From the human T2T-CHM13v2.0 reference genome, Homo sapiens, in assembly GCF_009914755.1 (NCBI RefSeq), contig NC_060927.1: a DNA stretch of 64,000 bases; one strand, 5' to 3'. The notes beneath the pieces are model-generated. The model ran no database searches. It was not told where the DNA came from and saw only the letters and a list, made by a program, of their open reading frames with translations. Position 1 is the stretch's first letter, and each line of letters starts with the position of its first letter. The position numbers and the translations under genes are program-made. Below are positions 42,888 through 55,085 of the stretch, piece by piece.

Positions 42888-43435
42888 CTGAGGAAGTTTT
42901 GTGCAATAGAAAGAATACTGAATTAGAAGTCTAAAAACTTTGATTATAGAACTGTGTCTGTAAATTATTAACGGAGTGAATGTTTCTGACAAAGTCATTT
43001 AACTTTTTAGCATATCAGTTTCCTCATCTTTAAATGGAAGTGGTTATGTCCATCCTTGCAATAATGGTATGTATTTTCACGTAATGGACATAAAATATAG
43101 ACTTTCAGGCAAAACAAGCAAAAAGTTATAATAAATTTTATGTACTATAGTGATTAGATTCAAGCACAATGTGTGGGATAAATCTAATCAATATTGGACT
43201 TTGGAAGGTAATGAATTCCTTCTTCAGGACTTTCCAAGGGGGACAAAGGTTTGGACTTTATGGTAAAAATAAAAACAAAAATAAAACAAATGAAAAAAAC
43301 AAAACATTGAGGCAACCTGTATGTCCAGGGAAAATACGGTCAGTAAGACCAATCATTTATTATTTCAGAATGGTGTAAGTATCAGACCTATAGACATGCC
43401 TTTTCTGAATCATAAGGAGAAAACAAGAGATTAAA

Positions 43436-43570
43436 GGAGAAAGAGGAAGAAGAAAGAAAGAAAAGAAAGGAAGGAAGGAAGGAAGGAAGGAAGGGGTGGA
43501 GAGAGGGAGGGAAAGAAAGAAAGAAAAAGAAAGGAGAGAAAGAAGGGAAAGAAAGGAAAGAAGAAGAGAC
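43436..43570. repeat. GA-rich (GGAA/GAAA)n low-complexity tract
   Basis: Seen directly. Confidence 0.9.
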
Positions 43571-43591
43571 GCAAAAGAGGGATAAAGGTCC

Positions 43592-43930
43592 AGTAATAAT
43601 TTGGTACTGGGAAATTCGGTTGGCAGCAGAGCAAGTGAAATCTCTGATTGTTCCAGCTTGTGCTGCTTGCAGTCCCCATTGATCTCTCCACCACAGCTTT
43701 CCAACTTCCACTCAAATCAGTAAAGCAGAACAGTAAATAGGCCAAAGTATGATTAAAACAAAAGTCATAAGATTAGCAATTAGCTTCAAGCCTACTTTGA
43801 ATCTTCTTCTTTTACTGGAGGAATTTCCAGTAAAATAAGTTTATTGGCATGCCTTTTCTGAACATTCAGCAACATTTTAAAAGCAGCATTTCCTCTCTCC
43901 AAACTGATTCCTACGTCCATTTCTATGTCT
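43592..43930 (-). pseudogene. Pseudo-exon: C-type lectin domain 1, N-terminal part
   Basis: QFGERKCCF*NVAECSEKACQ (cf. FGNKCYYF...AEKACQ), then with frameshifts Y(W)SAL(T)DLSGSGKLWWRD and STSW (cf. FWIGLTD...G.F.W.DG...YTNW). 3' boundary uncertain. Confidence 0.6.
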
Positions 43931-44592
43931 CTTTTTGAAGATAAATATAGATAGACATAGGACTTCTAAAGTTCTACTTTTAAAGTTCTAAGCTTTACAC
44001 ACGCACGCACATTTCCACCTGTGATGACCTATAGGGTGATAAACTGTAGAAAAGACATTGACTATTCTTGCCAGTTAGTTCAGAGGCAGGCAAACAACAA
44101 ATTCATAATCCTGTCCTGTAACACATGAGACATATTCAGTCCTAAAGACTAAAATAGTGGTTTTTGACATTTCTTAAATACACAGACATATTTAATGATC
44201 AAATTGTGGAGGTATTGCATTTCCATACAAAGTGAATAAACAAGTTAGTGACTCTAGACAGTAATATATTTATCAACCACCAATTGTAAAGTATCAGCTT
44301 TTAAGTTATTCTAATCAGAGTCTCTGTAATATTTGCTGTTTCTCATTGTATTTTCTTGTTACCCTCAGGACAAAGTGCTAAGATGCAAGGAATTTTATTA
44401 CATATCTAGCATTTGAATATCAACAAATTTTAGCAACATATTTGAACTTCATGTTAAATTACACACATGGCCTTTGGATCTATCTGCTCAAAGTCTTTGC
44501 AAGTCCCAGGAATTCTAAGAGTTAACTAGAAAAAGCCAAACAAAACTCTTGCAATAACATCTAGAACAATATTGCAGATGTGTGGAGCTTAC

Positions 44593-44710
44593 GGAATGTG
44601 GAGCCCATTTATTTTGCATGCACATTTAATGTGAAAAATTATTTTTAAGTTCTAAAGCAACCTCTCGGAAATGCTAAGAACTGCAAAGCTACGCAGACCC
44701 TGATGCATTC
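44593..44710 (-). pseudogene. Pseudo-exon 2 (linker)
   Basis: Strong acceptor tttctgttttttcttcattatatttag|g and donor TCC|GTAAGC; 118 nt, phase 1>2, which fits its neighbours; one stop. The upstream intron is only 59 nt. Confidence 0.5.
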
Positions 44711-44769
44711 CTAAATATAATGAAGAAAAAACAGAAATGCACCAAGAATTGAAAACCCTGGTTACTCAC

Positions 44770-44878
44770 GATTCTTTTCACCTTTCCACCTTGACCCAGC
44801 TTTCGTTCTGTCCGAGACACCCACAGGAGAAGTTATCTCAGCCATCGAGAGCAGCAGCATCAGTAACAGCACAGCCAT
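44770..44878 (-). pseudogene. Pseudo-exon 1: start codon and signal peptide
   Basis: ggcATGG Kozak context; open frame MAVLLLMLLLSMAEITSPVGVSDRTKAGSRWKGEKN; donor ATC|GTGAGT; 109 nt, phase 1. Confidence 0.75.
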
Positions 44879-45720
44879 GCCAGGTAAAAATAACCTCTAT
44901 TGAGAGTTCTGTCACAGACGAACCTGAAGGCTCTTACTGGGAATGGAAACCTGGAGCCAATCCTGTCATTTTATTCAGCAGAAATGCAAAGATGCTGTTT
45001 TTCCCATAAATTTTTAAAAAGCAGGTATATTCTCAACAAGGCTTCTATTTGAATTATCAGGCAAGGTTAAAAAAATTAGAAGAGATGTAATAGCTTCCTT
45101 GGTACATAAGCACAAATGCCAGGAGAGATAAGCTGACAGTTTTCTCTGGTCTTTCTGCAGCTACTAGTTCCTAACCTGCTCCTGCCATCTCTCACTTCTT
45201 CCATATGTTTGTCAACATTTCTCATAACATGATAATAAGGAAAAGCTGTGATTTCAGCATTTTCCCATCTATCCATTCTGTAGCACAGATTATAGTACTT
45301 GACAAAATTGAATATTTAATTTTGGCACTGCAAACACACCTCACTTCATTTCAAACAGAGGTGGTTGTTAAGGAAAGAAAAAAATCCCACTTGTTCACAG
45401 AGCTCTGACATCTTGGAGAAAGGATTAGATGTATAAATATCTGCTGCTAAGACATGATAAAAATGCCTCTGGAAAAGGGGGTGGTAAACAATCATCTTTC
45501 TTACTTAGCTTGTACTGTGGGATTTCTGTATTCAGAGAATACTGTATAAAGACAGTATGCCAAAAATATTCCAAATTCATGAAGCAGGCAAAATGTAATG
45601 TACATTGCACATTCAAGGATCATCTGCAATGCATCATAAACACTGATTTGCCTTGTAAATACATGTTGGTATATTCCATCTCTCCTGTTTTCTGGAGAAT
45701 GATTTTATTGCCTCATGAGC

Positions 45721-45724
<4 letters not shown>

Positions 45725-45760
<36 letters not shown>
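45725..45760. repeat. Poly(T) tract
   Basis: About 36 consecutive T. Confidence 0.9.
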
Positions 45761-45762
<2 letters not shown>

Positions 45763-46128
45763 TAAATAAGAATTATCTGCTTTACAATGAAGTCTACTTC
45801 CCATGGGCAAATGGAAATATTGTATTGATTATATTGGAACTATACTAGAACAACATTAGTTTACCTTCTGTTTGGGACCAAATTTATTAATTTTTTAATA
45901 AAATATTGTTATGCTTCCAAGAACATTATAGAACAATAATATATATATATTTCTTTTAACAAGCACATAAAGTTATTTTCAGACATTACTAAACACATAA
46001 TATTCTACAACCTGAGCTATTTCTACACTTAAAGAGCTCACATGGCTGCCAAAATATATTTAAAAAACATGTAACTGATAATGGGCTATTTACTGTTAGC
46101 TCCCTGTTCTGCAGCAGAGTGAAAATAA

Positions 46129-46346
46129 AGTAAGGTCAAGAACCAAATAGGTAGAATAAATGATTAAAACAAGCTGGGTATAAGGCAAGAGGGATAGGAG
46201 GAGATTGTGGCCAGGTGCAGAGAAAAGTTCTGTGAAAAGAGTAAGCTCAAGAGCCAAACAGGTAACATAAATGAGTGAAATAGGCTGGGTATAAGGCAAG
46301 AGGGATAGGAGGAGATTGTGGTCAGGTGTGGAGAAAGCTCTGTGAA
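46129..46346. repeat. 111-bp tandem duplication
   Basis: Two copies offset by 111 bp with an identical 38-bp core at 46173 and 46284. Confidence 0.9.
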
Positions 46347-47032
46347 TGGTGGCAGCTGCCGGTAGACTTCAGTTGAATGTTACCATATGGGTTACAGATT
46401 CAGGATTGCTAGATGTTTCGATTTCAAGGAGAAGCTAGAAATTGCAATTATTATGAGAAATCTCCTAATTTTTAAAGCAAAAAAGGACATAATTTCAAAC
46501 TTCTTAACTAGGCATAAAAGGCAGACTATTCTGAATCTGTTTCCAACTTGTATTTTGCCAAATTTTTAATTAAAAATATGCTTAAATGCTTATATCTGAA
46601 ATTTTATTAATGACAAAGATCCATAAAGGGAACTTAGTGGGAGAGACATGTATAAAGAATTTTTTATCTGCCAGGATAAATTCAATGAAAATCCATATAC
46701 TGTTTTTATGAAATCACAGAGGAGAAAATATCTGACTCCCCAAGGGCATCAGGGAAGGCTTTTTATTTTTCTTCATTCCTTCTAGGAGCCATAAAACCTA
46801 ATCATACCAAGAAACTTTCCATTTTCCAAAAAAGCATGAACTTCCAGTCTGTCGACCTTTTTATTTACTTTCTCCTCGAAATACCTTTTTCCCATTTCTA
46901 CTTTATATACTCCTAATAATGTATAATAGCTGAAGAGAGGTTTATCTTCTCAGAGTTTCCCAGGAGTTATCATTAACTTTTCTTAGGACTTATTCACCTG
47001 GAAGTAGAGAACTTCACACATTATATTAACAG

Positions 47033-47068
<36 letters not shown>

Positions 47069-47121
47069 CCTCCTCTTTCTCTTTCTCTTTCTCTTTCTCT
47101 GTGTGTGTATGTGTGCGTGTG
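47033..47121. repeat. (CT)n-(GT)n compound microsatellite
   Basis: Seen directly. Confidence 0.9.
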
Positions 47122-47994
47122 TCTTCAACAGTAGGTATACAGCTCATTGTGGGCTTTGCTTTATTATATTTTCTTTATATTCCTAAATTCAGTTATGATT
47201 GCTGTACATGAAAGAAAATTGTCAAAAGTTTGTTGAACTGTGGTAAATTTTACTGTTATGGATATTAATTTGAGTTGATACATTTTAACATTAAAATATG
47301 ACTCTCTAAAACAACCAGGTTATCCTGGTTATTCTTTCATCCTCTGGGTAGTATATATTTATTCATATGTTGTCCTTTGTTTTCCTTGGTAATTAGTATT
47401 AGAAGATGTTATAGATAAATAAAGAAACCTCATTACATTTATTCCTTTTTAATTTGAGATAATCATAATCATCAAATAAAAGCAACACTTTAGTCTGCTA
47501 TAATCCATGGTACACTAGTAAAAGCTCAAAGCTTATATTCAGTATTAATTTTAGGTCATAAGTATTGAGAGATCATAAAGAGAGAGCCATTATAAATATG
47601 GGAAACTGGATCTAGAAACACATTCAAAGACTAGCTTTCAAATCTGCAATTTTTTAACATAAAGTACTGAAGATTATCAGCAGATGGGTGTAGTCTGATC
47701 TAAAATTATGAATTGGTTCAAAGCCAGTTGTTTGGCAGTCACATCCTAAATTGCACATGTCCAGAGCTATTTCAACTTAAAACATTAAGCAGGCAAACTG
47801 CATGTCTGCACTCTCTCTTCCTTCTTGTTCCAAGCAGTTGTCCCACTTGGCTGTGCAAACTCACTCTGGTCTGAGTCCATGGAGTTGAGCAATCTCATTC
47901 TTCCTAAGTGAAACTGATCAGTACCATCATGTCACTAACCATATAAATACATCCTGACTCACGGAAGTTAATGTGAGTAGTCGAAAGCCTTCTG

Positions 47995-48800
47995 CCATTC
48001 ATTCATTCAACAAATATTTTCTGAGCACCTAACATGTGCATCTTTACACCGTATTTTGTAGAACAACTGCAAGGAATTGCAGTGAAACAATAGATGAAGT
48101 TCCTGCCTTCATAGAGCTGATATTCTAGTGAGTAGAAATGGACGCTGTATAATAATATCTTACTTTTAAACACATACTTTTAAATTGCATCTGTAATAAA
48201 GTTAAAGAGAAGATTTCCAGACATTATAACCATGGGACTTAATTTAAAGGTTCTTTGAGAAAGTGATGCGTAAGCAGAGAAATGAAGAATAAATAAGTAC
48301 ATGTGGGGCAAAAACGAGACAAGCAGAAAATGGGTGTAGTCAGACAGGAAGCTTACACAAAAATTCCTCAGGCATAAAAGAGCTTGTCACATATTAGGAT
48401 GAAAGAATAGCGAGAAATATGGGTAGAGACCTTTTCAGTTCAGGCCCTGGAAAGTATGTTAACAATTCTGAACTTCATTCTGTGGTTTTAAGAAGAAGCA
48501 GATTTTTGCATTAAAAGGTTACTCTTCTTTCAATAGAGAGAATAAGTTAGAAAGTGTCAAAGTGGAAGCAGGAAGACCAGTTAGAAGACCATCTGATTAT
48601 TTAGGTGAAAAAATGTATACTGGCAATGATAGAAATAAAAGGAAATGGAAAATGAATAGATTAGAAACATTTTCTGGAGGCAGAACAATGATGTTGGTTG
48701 GTGAATTACACATAGAAAGTGGGTAACAACGGGTTTCAAGGTTGCAGCTAGGTTTCTGGGATAAACATTTATCTCGAGGTAGAAATATTTAAGCAAATTT
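47995..48800 (-). mobile_element. L2 3' portion
   Basis: cattcattcattcaacaaatattttctgagcacct terminus and further L2 motifs. Confidence 0.75.
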
Positions 48801-49173
48801 GGAGATCAAGGATGAAAAGAACTTAATGTTCCTGTCATTGGTAAATAACTAAAAAATGTCACTATCACTTCAGATTAGATAGAGAAGGAATGATGAGTGT
48901 TGGGTCAGAAAGAAAACAAATATATACCAACATAAAAAAAATAACACTTCAAATCTAGTAAGAATCAGCCTATTTGTCTGCATTCTCATATAAGGAATAT
49001 TTGAATTAAATAGAACCACGATGGCTACAAAATGGTAAATGCATTTACAGAAGTAAGAGTTGTTAACTAGAAAACTAGTTAAGGGCTATTGCAGCAGTCC
49101 AGGCAAGAGATGATAAATGGCTTCGAGTTGTAGTGGAGATAGAAAGAAGTATAGATACGAAAGAGGTAAAATT

Positions 49174-49500
<327 letters not shown>

Positions 49501-49904
49501 AGAAAGGGGTAAAATTGATAAACTTGGTGTTGCTTTGGTTGGAAAAGATGCAACCATAGCTATTATTTATAGACAGTAATGCTCATCCATGTGTACCACT
49601 AGTTGTTACTTCTTGAGGCGAGGCATCTCCATGCCATATTTTGTAGGATAATGTACTTGTCTGGAATATAATATTCTGAGCATAACCACAGATGTTAAAA
49701 GGATACATTTATTCCTATGGCACTCTGCAAGTGGCTTACACAAACATTGCCTCCATTAATCCTGAAATCAGTTTTGTGAAGTTAGGCTGATCATTCATAA
49801 TTTCTCAGTTAAAAAAGTAACAATAACAAACAAACTCTGACGTTTGAGAGGATAAAATACTTTTCCAACATTAAATACCTAGGTAAAAAAATTAGCAGAA
49901 CTCG

Positions 49905-50422
49905 CATGATGGTTTCAAAATATTTCCACAAATATGTTGGTACTCCCTCCTTCAAGAAGTGGATCTTAATTTCCATCCTCTTGATTGTGGACTGAGATTC
50001 TATTGAGAAGGGGGTGGAAATGATGCTGTGATTCTAAGTCTAGATTGTAAAAGACATTGGGGTTTTCTTTCTGCTCTCATTCTCTTTTTGATCATTCACC
50101 CTGGGGAAGCCAGCCACCATATTGTGAGAAATCTGTTGCAGCCTGTGGAGAGGCTCACATAGCAAGAAACTGAGGGTTAGTCCACTAACCAGAAGGGAAC
50201 TGATGTTTGCTAACAATCATGTGAGTGAGTTGATGGACTAAAATGACTACAGACCTGGCTTACAGCTTGACCATAACTTTAATGAAAGACCCTGAGCCAG
50301 AACCTCTCAGCTAAGCTACTTCTAGATTCCTGATCCTCTAAAACTATATGAGATAATAGATATTTGTTGTTTAAAGCTGCTGAACTTTGGGGGTAATTTA
50401 TTACACAGCAATAGATAACTGC
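49905..50422 (+). mobile_element. MLT1 (E/F-like) LTR
   Basis: gaaagaccctgagccagaacc...agctaagctacttctagattcctga...ttattacacagcaatagataact end. Confidence 0.8.
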
Positions 50423-53359
50423 TATAGTCTGGATCACAAGTAACTACTTACTCTCTTTTCATCCCAACTACTTCCAAAACCATGGTTATAATTTCCGCAT
50501 TAGCTGGAGGCCATGACTGCAATTATAACTTTAATCAACATCACTGTCGAATCTCTTTTACATCAGTGAGGTCAAGTGAAAATGTATTATTATGGGGGAC
50601 ACCAATTTGCACAATTGCATTCTAATCAATCCTATAGATTAGTTTTGTTGGATTAGAGAAGTATTTTTGTGTGTTTTTAAGTGAGACATTTAGCTCCCAG
50701 GTCACACAGTTCCTAATATTTCCTGATCTTCTACTCCAGCCAGGTGGCTATGCGTGTTTAAGTTATAGTTCTGGTTTTAGAATGTATCACGACCAGATTA
50801 TTACAAAAACACCATCACTATCTCACACAAAATGGCCTCTTCATAAGATAGATAGCCCTATGAAGCCCCTAGCACAGCACTGGACACATTGTAGAACCTC
50901 AAGCAATATACAAGTGATTCATTGATATGATATTCACCTAGAATGAACATCAGCATGGTGGAATAAACACTATGAAATGTGTTTTCTTGTGTTTTTACCA
51001 TTTTTACTTTCTCTAAGAAGCTCTGTATTTATCTCTGGTACCTGCACTGGCACTGGTGTGTTTCTTTCTATGGCTTATGAAACAGAATTTCCCACTCCTT
51101 AGAAGTCTTCCATTGATTGTTATTTTGGTATCATATTAGTGTAATCAATAGTATTATAGCACATTAGAGATGAACAAGAACTCAAATCTCAATTGCAATT
51201 ACTTTTCTATCTCCCAAATTGGATTCAGCAGATGTGATGTATAAAGATATATGTGGCCTGAAAATAATTTTGTAAAAATGAATTTATTGTGTCCCTAATG
51301 CCATGATCAATGAAAAAATCTTCAGCCATGATTTCCTCCACTCTTTCCACCATTCAGTAGAACAGCTATTTTTATATAGTCTAATAATTATTTAATTGCA
51401 TGAATAAATTAACAAGCAAAAATAAAGCAAACTGTTTTATGCAAATAACATTAACACTGTTTATTTAAATTGGGCACCACGGTGTAAAACAGGCTACTAG
51501 CAGGCACAAAATCCTTTTAGTAACTATACAAGAGAAAGATAGATACATACATAGACGGATAGATGAATTGGAACACTGTGTTGAGTGCTAAACAGATATT
51601 AGACATAACCATGCCCACAAATTCATGATCATGCTGACCAGATAGCAAGAAAACTTAGAAGATAAATAAAATACAAATAAATCAGATTCTAAAAAATTAA
51701 ATAAATACTTAATTCTAAGAGGGCTTGGGGGATGTATTAGATCAGAGGTGTGTGAGAAGTTCTGATTCAAGTGGAACTCAAAGTCCCCATTTGTCAAGGA
51801 TGAATGATGACTAGTGTTACGATCTTCAGTCCAGGAGTGAAAAGATCAGGAAAAAGACCTACACGTGCATTTGCAAGGCTGTGTCCAGAGGGCCATGTGT
51901 GGCTGGATCAGACAGTATTTGTAGAGAAATCCGTAGTGAAAGATAAGTTAGTTTTACATATTGCAGGATAGTGATTTGAGGAGTATGGAGTTGAGTCTAA
52001 GAGCAATGGGAAAATGGTACAAGTTTTGAGCAAGTTTGAGAGAGAGGGAGAAACCAGCCACTGTAATAAATGGAAAGAACAGTACAGTATCAGCAAATTG
52101 ATAGGTGTTTAATGCTTAATTAGACAAAGAAGATGATCCCTTGGTCATGTATTTAATTAGCCCCTCTTATACACTGGAGTCACTCCAGCTGGAATATCAC
52201 AAGTGTCCCTCCCTTGAGTATGACATAGTCCAGCCTCCAGAAAGTGATGAGTCAGTTTTTTAAGCAGAGCCGTGGGTTGTGTCTGTGTAAAAGAAAAGCT
52301 ACACGTTTGACATGTTGAGAAACTAAAGGGTGGTGATAGCTCAGCTTGTGACTGGTGAAAACCACTCTCAGGATCGCTCCCCGTTCTTCCTGCATGCAGA
52401 ATTCTCCTTAATGTGAAAAAGCCTTATTTTGAATTCTAAGTCTAATTTACTACAGAAAGATGCTATGAGAGGGTTTGGGCCCTCTGATGACAGGAATTGA
52501 TGTTCATCCTGCCACTTCCCTCAAAAAGTAATTTGAAAAGGAGACTGCAGATATTTGATACATAGGAGTCTCATTAACAAACCCTAGACATAAAACATAA
52601 GCCATAAGGAAAGTATATCTAGCCTTTGGGTTTGAATATTACTGATTTGGATTTTTATTAAATAGAGTAATTTTAAGGAAAACTAACTCTTTGAAGACTA
52701 ACATTTGGAATCTGACCTTAACATCATTTCATAAGGTAAAAATACGTACATAAGGTATGTATACATAAGGTATACATACGATATACAATGTCCCTAGGAA
52801 TTTTATTTCTAATCTATGAAATTTACTTCTGGCTCTCTAATAAGCTGTTGGAAAACCTGATGGCATTAACAGAAAATGAAGTCTTTTGCTAGAACTTAAA
52901 TAGAAATAACTGTGATGCTAGAAAGTGCTACTTTGTCTCACATATAATTTTATTTAATCCATTCTATGAGTATCATTATATTCCTACCTGAACAGGTGTT
53001 TCAGAATTCATGAGATTCTGCATTTTTAGAACAGTAAAAGTCAAATACCTAATTTTATCATTGACAGGAAAAATTAAAACATTTATATACAGAGGAATAT
53101 TAAATAACCAGTATTTGTGAAAAAAGAATGCTTTATTCAATTTAATTTTCTGGTTAAATGAGAGTGAACTAGAGAATCTTGCATCCATGTTAGTAAAACC
53201 TTCCTCCAATACATTTCTTACCAACGAATACAAAGTCTTCCATATCAAATTTAGTGTTTCATTAATAAATGTGGCTTTTGTGATATTTGAATTTCATCAG
53301 CGTTATTTTCTAGGACCGTGAGTGTGGCCATTGATAAGGATAGCATATCCTGGTGAAAG

Positions 53360-54420
53360 GTTTAAGGTAATGTTTGCAAAGATGACTGCAAAAGTTCCTG
53401 TCATCCCAAATGTCCATTTGTGTGTGACTTTGGCGATTCTCCCATGAAGACGTAGAGTCTCTTTCAGCACTACTTGAATCTGAGTTAGCTTTATTATTTG
53501 TTTTGACCAATAGAATGCAGTGAAAGCAATGCACCTGACCCTTGAGGTTGGATCTTAAAAGAACCCATTAAAAATTAAAAAATAACAGATGCTGGTGAGC
53601 TTGCAGAGAAAAGGGAATGCTTAGTGATGAGAATGTAAATAAGTTCAGCCACTGTGGAAAGCAGTGGACAATTTCTCAAAGAACTTAAAACAGTTACCAT
53701 TTGACCCAGAAATCTCATCACTGAGTATAGATCCAAAAGAATACAAATTGTTCTACCATAAAGACACATGCATGCTTATATTAATCACAGCACTATTCAC
53801 AAGAGCAAAGAAATGAAATCAACCTAAACGTCCATCATTGGTAGGCTGGATAAACAAAATGTACATATACACCATGGAATACTATGTAGCCATAAAAAAG
53901 AAATAGAGAATGTCCTTTGCAACAACATGGATGGATCTGGAAGCTATTGTCCTTAGAAAAGTCATGCAGAAATAGAAAATGAAATACAGCATGTTCTCAC
54001 TTACAAGTGAGAGCTTTACACTGAGTACATATGGACACAAAGAAGGGAACAGTAAACACTGGGACCTAATTGAGGTTGGAGGGTGGGAGAAGGATGAGAA
54101 TTAAAAAATTACCTATTGGGTACTATGCTTCCTAGCTGTGTAATAAAATAATCTGTATAATAAACCCCCATGACACACAACTTATCTATACAACAAACCT
54201 GCACATGTACCCTCATTCTAAAATGAAAGTTAAAAAAAAAAAAGAGAGACCTTACAGCATCTGCTTTTGCTCCAGTGGAAATCTGCCCGGAGACTGCCAC
54301 AAAAGGAATCTGTCATATACTAGTGCAGGGTGAGAGGCCGTGTGGGGAAGAACCCAGGCACAGGAGCTGACAGCACCAGGTGCCAGATATGAGCAAAGCA
54401 ACAATGGACTTTCCAACCCA
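53360..54420 (+). mobile_element. MLT1 LTR interrupted by L1
   Basis: tttgaccaatagaatgcagtgaaag before the L1 and gagaggccgtgtggggaagaac after it. Confidence 0.6.
53567..54243 (+). mobile_element. L1PA15/16-L1PB-like 3' end
   Basis: ataacagatgctggtgag...aacaaacctgcacatgtaccc followed by polyA. Confidence 0.9.
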
Positions 54421-54899
54421 AATCATAGCAGCAGTCTGTTTTCTGCAATAGGACTACTTAGCTCAAATACATACAAGCTCAGCTCTGTGTCTTAGCTTCT
54501 TTTTGCCTTAGTTTCCTGCTCTGTGAAATGAGGGTAACAATACTATCTGATTTGTTGGGTAATTGACAATATTAAATGCAGGAATGCAAATAGATACATT
54601 AAAATATTGCTGACGGTAAAGCAAGCTCTAATAAAATAAATAAAATGTTAGTGACTAATGTTGTTGTTGTTGCTGTTGCTGCATTTTTAATTATTTATCT
54701 TTTACAGAAAAGGAAACCAAGACTCAGTGAAACTAAATATTTTGCACAAAACCACATAGCTATGAAACTAGGATTCAGGGCCATATTTATTTGTTCCCGA
54801 GTCCAAGTGATTAACCACTGTACATTTTTATATCCACTCTGCAACTCTGATTTATTCAGGGATAGTTGTGTGGCATTAATTGTGACCAATGAGTTAAAA

Positions 54900-55085
54900 T
54901 GTATATTTTATATATAAAAATATATATTTTAATGTATTATATATAAAAATATTTTTGATTATATATTTTATGCATATTATATACAATACATATTTTATGT
55001 ATTATATACAATACATATCTTATGTATTATATATTATATTATATATTTTGTATCATATTATATATTTTATGTATCATTATATATT
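54900..55085. repeat. AT-rich degenerate minisatellite
   Basis: Repeats of tatattttatgtattatata-like units. Confidence 0.8.

Larger units (their letters stand above)
44580..44965 (-). promoter_or_regulatory. Possible promoter relic: local CpG retention and CCAAT box upstream of the ATG
   Basis: About 8 CpGs in ~330 bp of non-repeat DNA in a CpG-poor window; AGCCAATC at 44955-44962, ~80 nt upstream of the ATG. Confidence 0.3.

Noticed and set aside
43360-43745. Three overlapping >100-aa ORFs
   Set aside because: Their length comes from the stop-free GA-rich tract; only the 5' part belongs to the CTL pseudo-exon.
45429-45848. Longest ORF in the track (139 aa)
   Set aside because: It runs through poly(T) and shows no recognisable domain or splice context.
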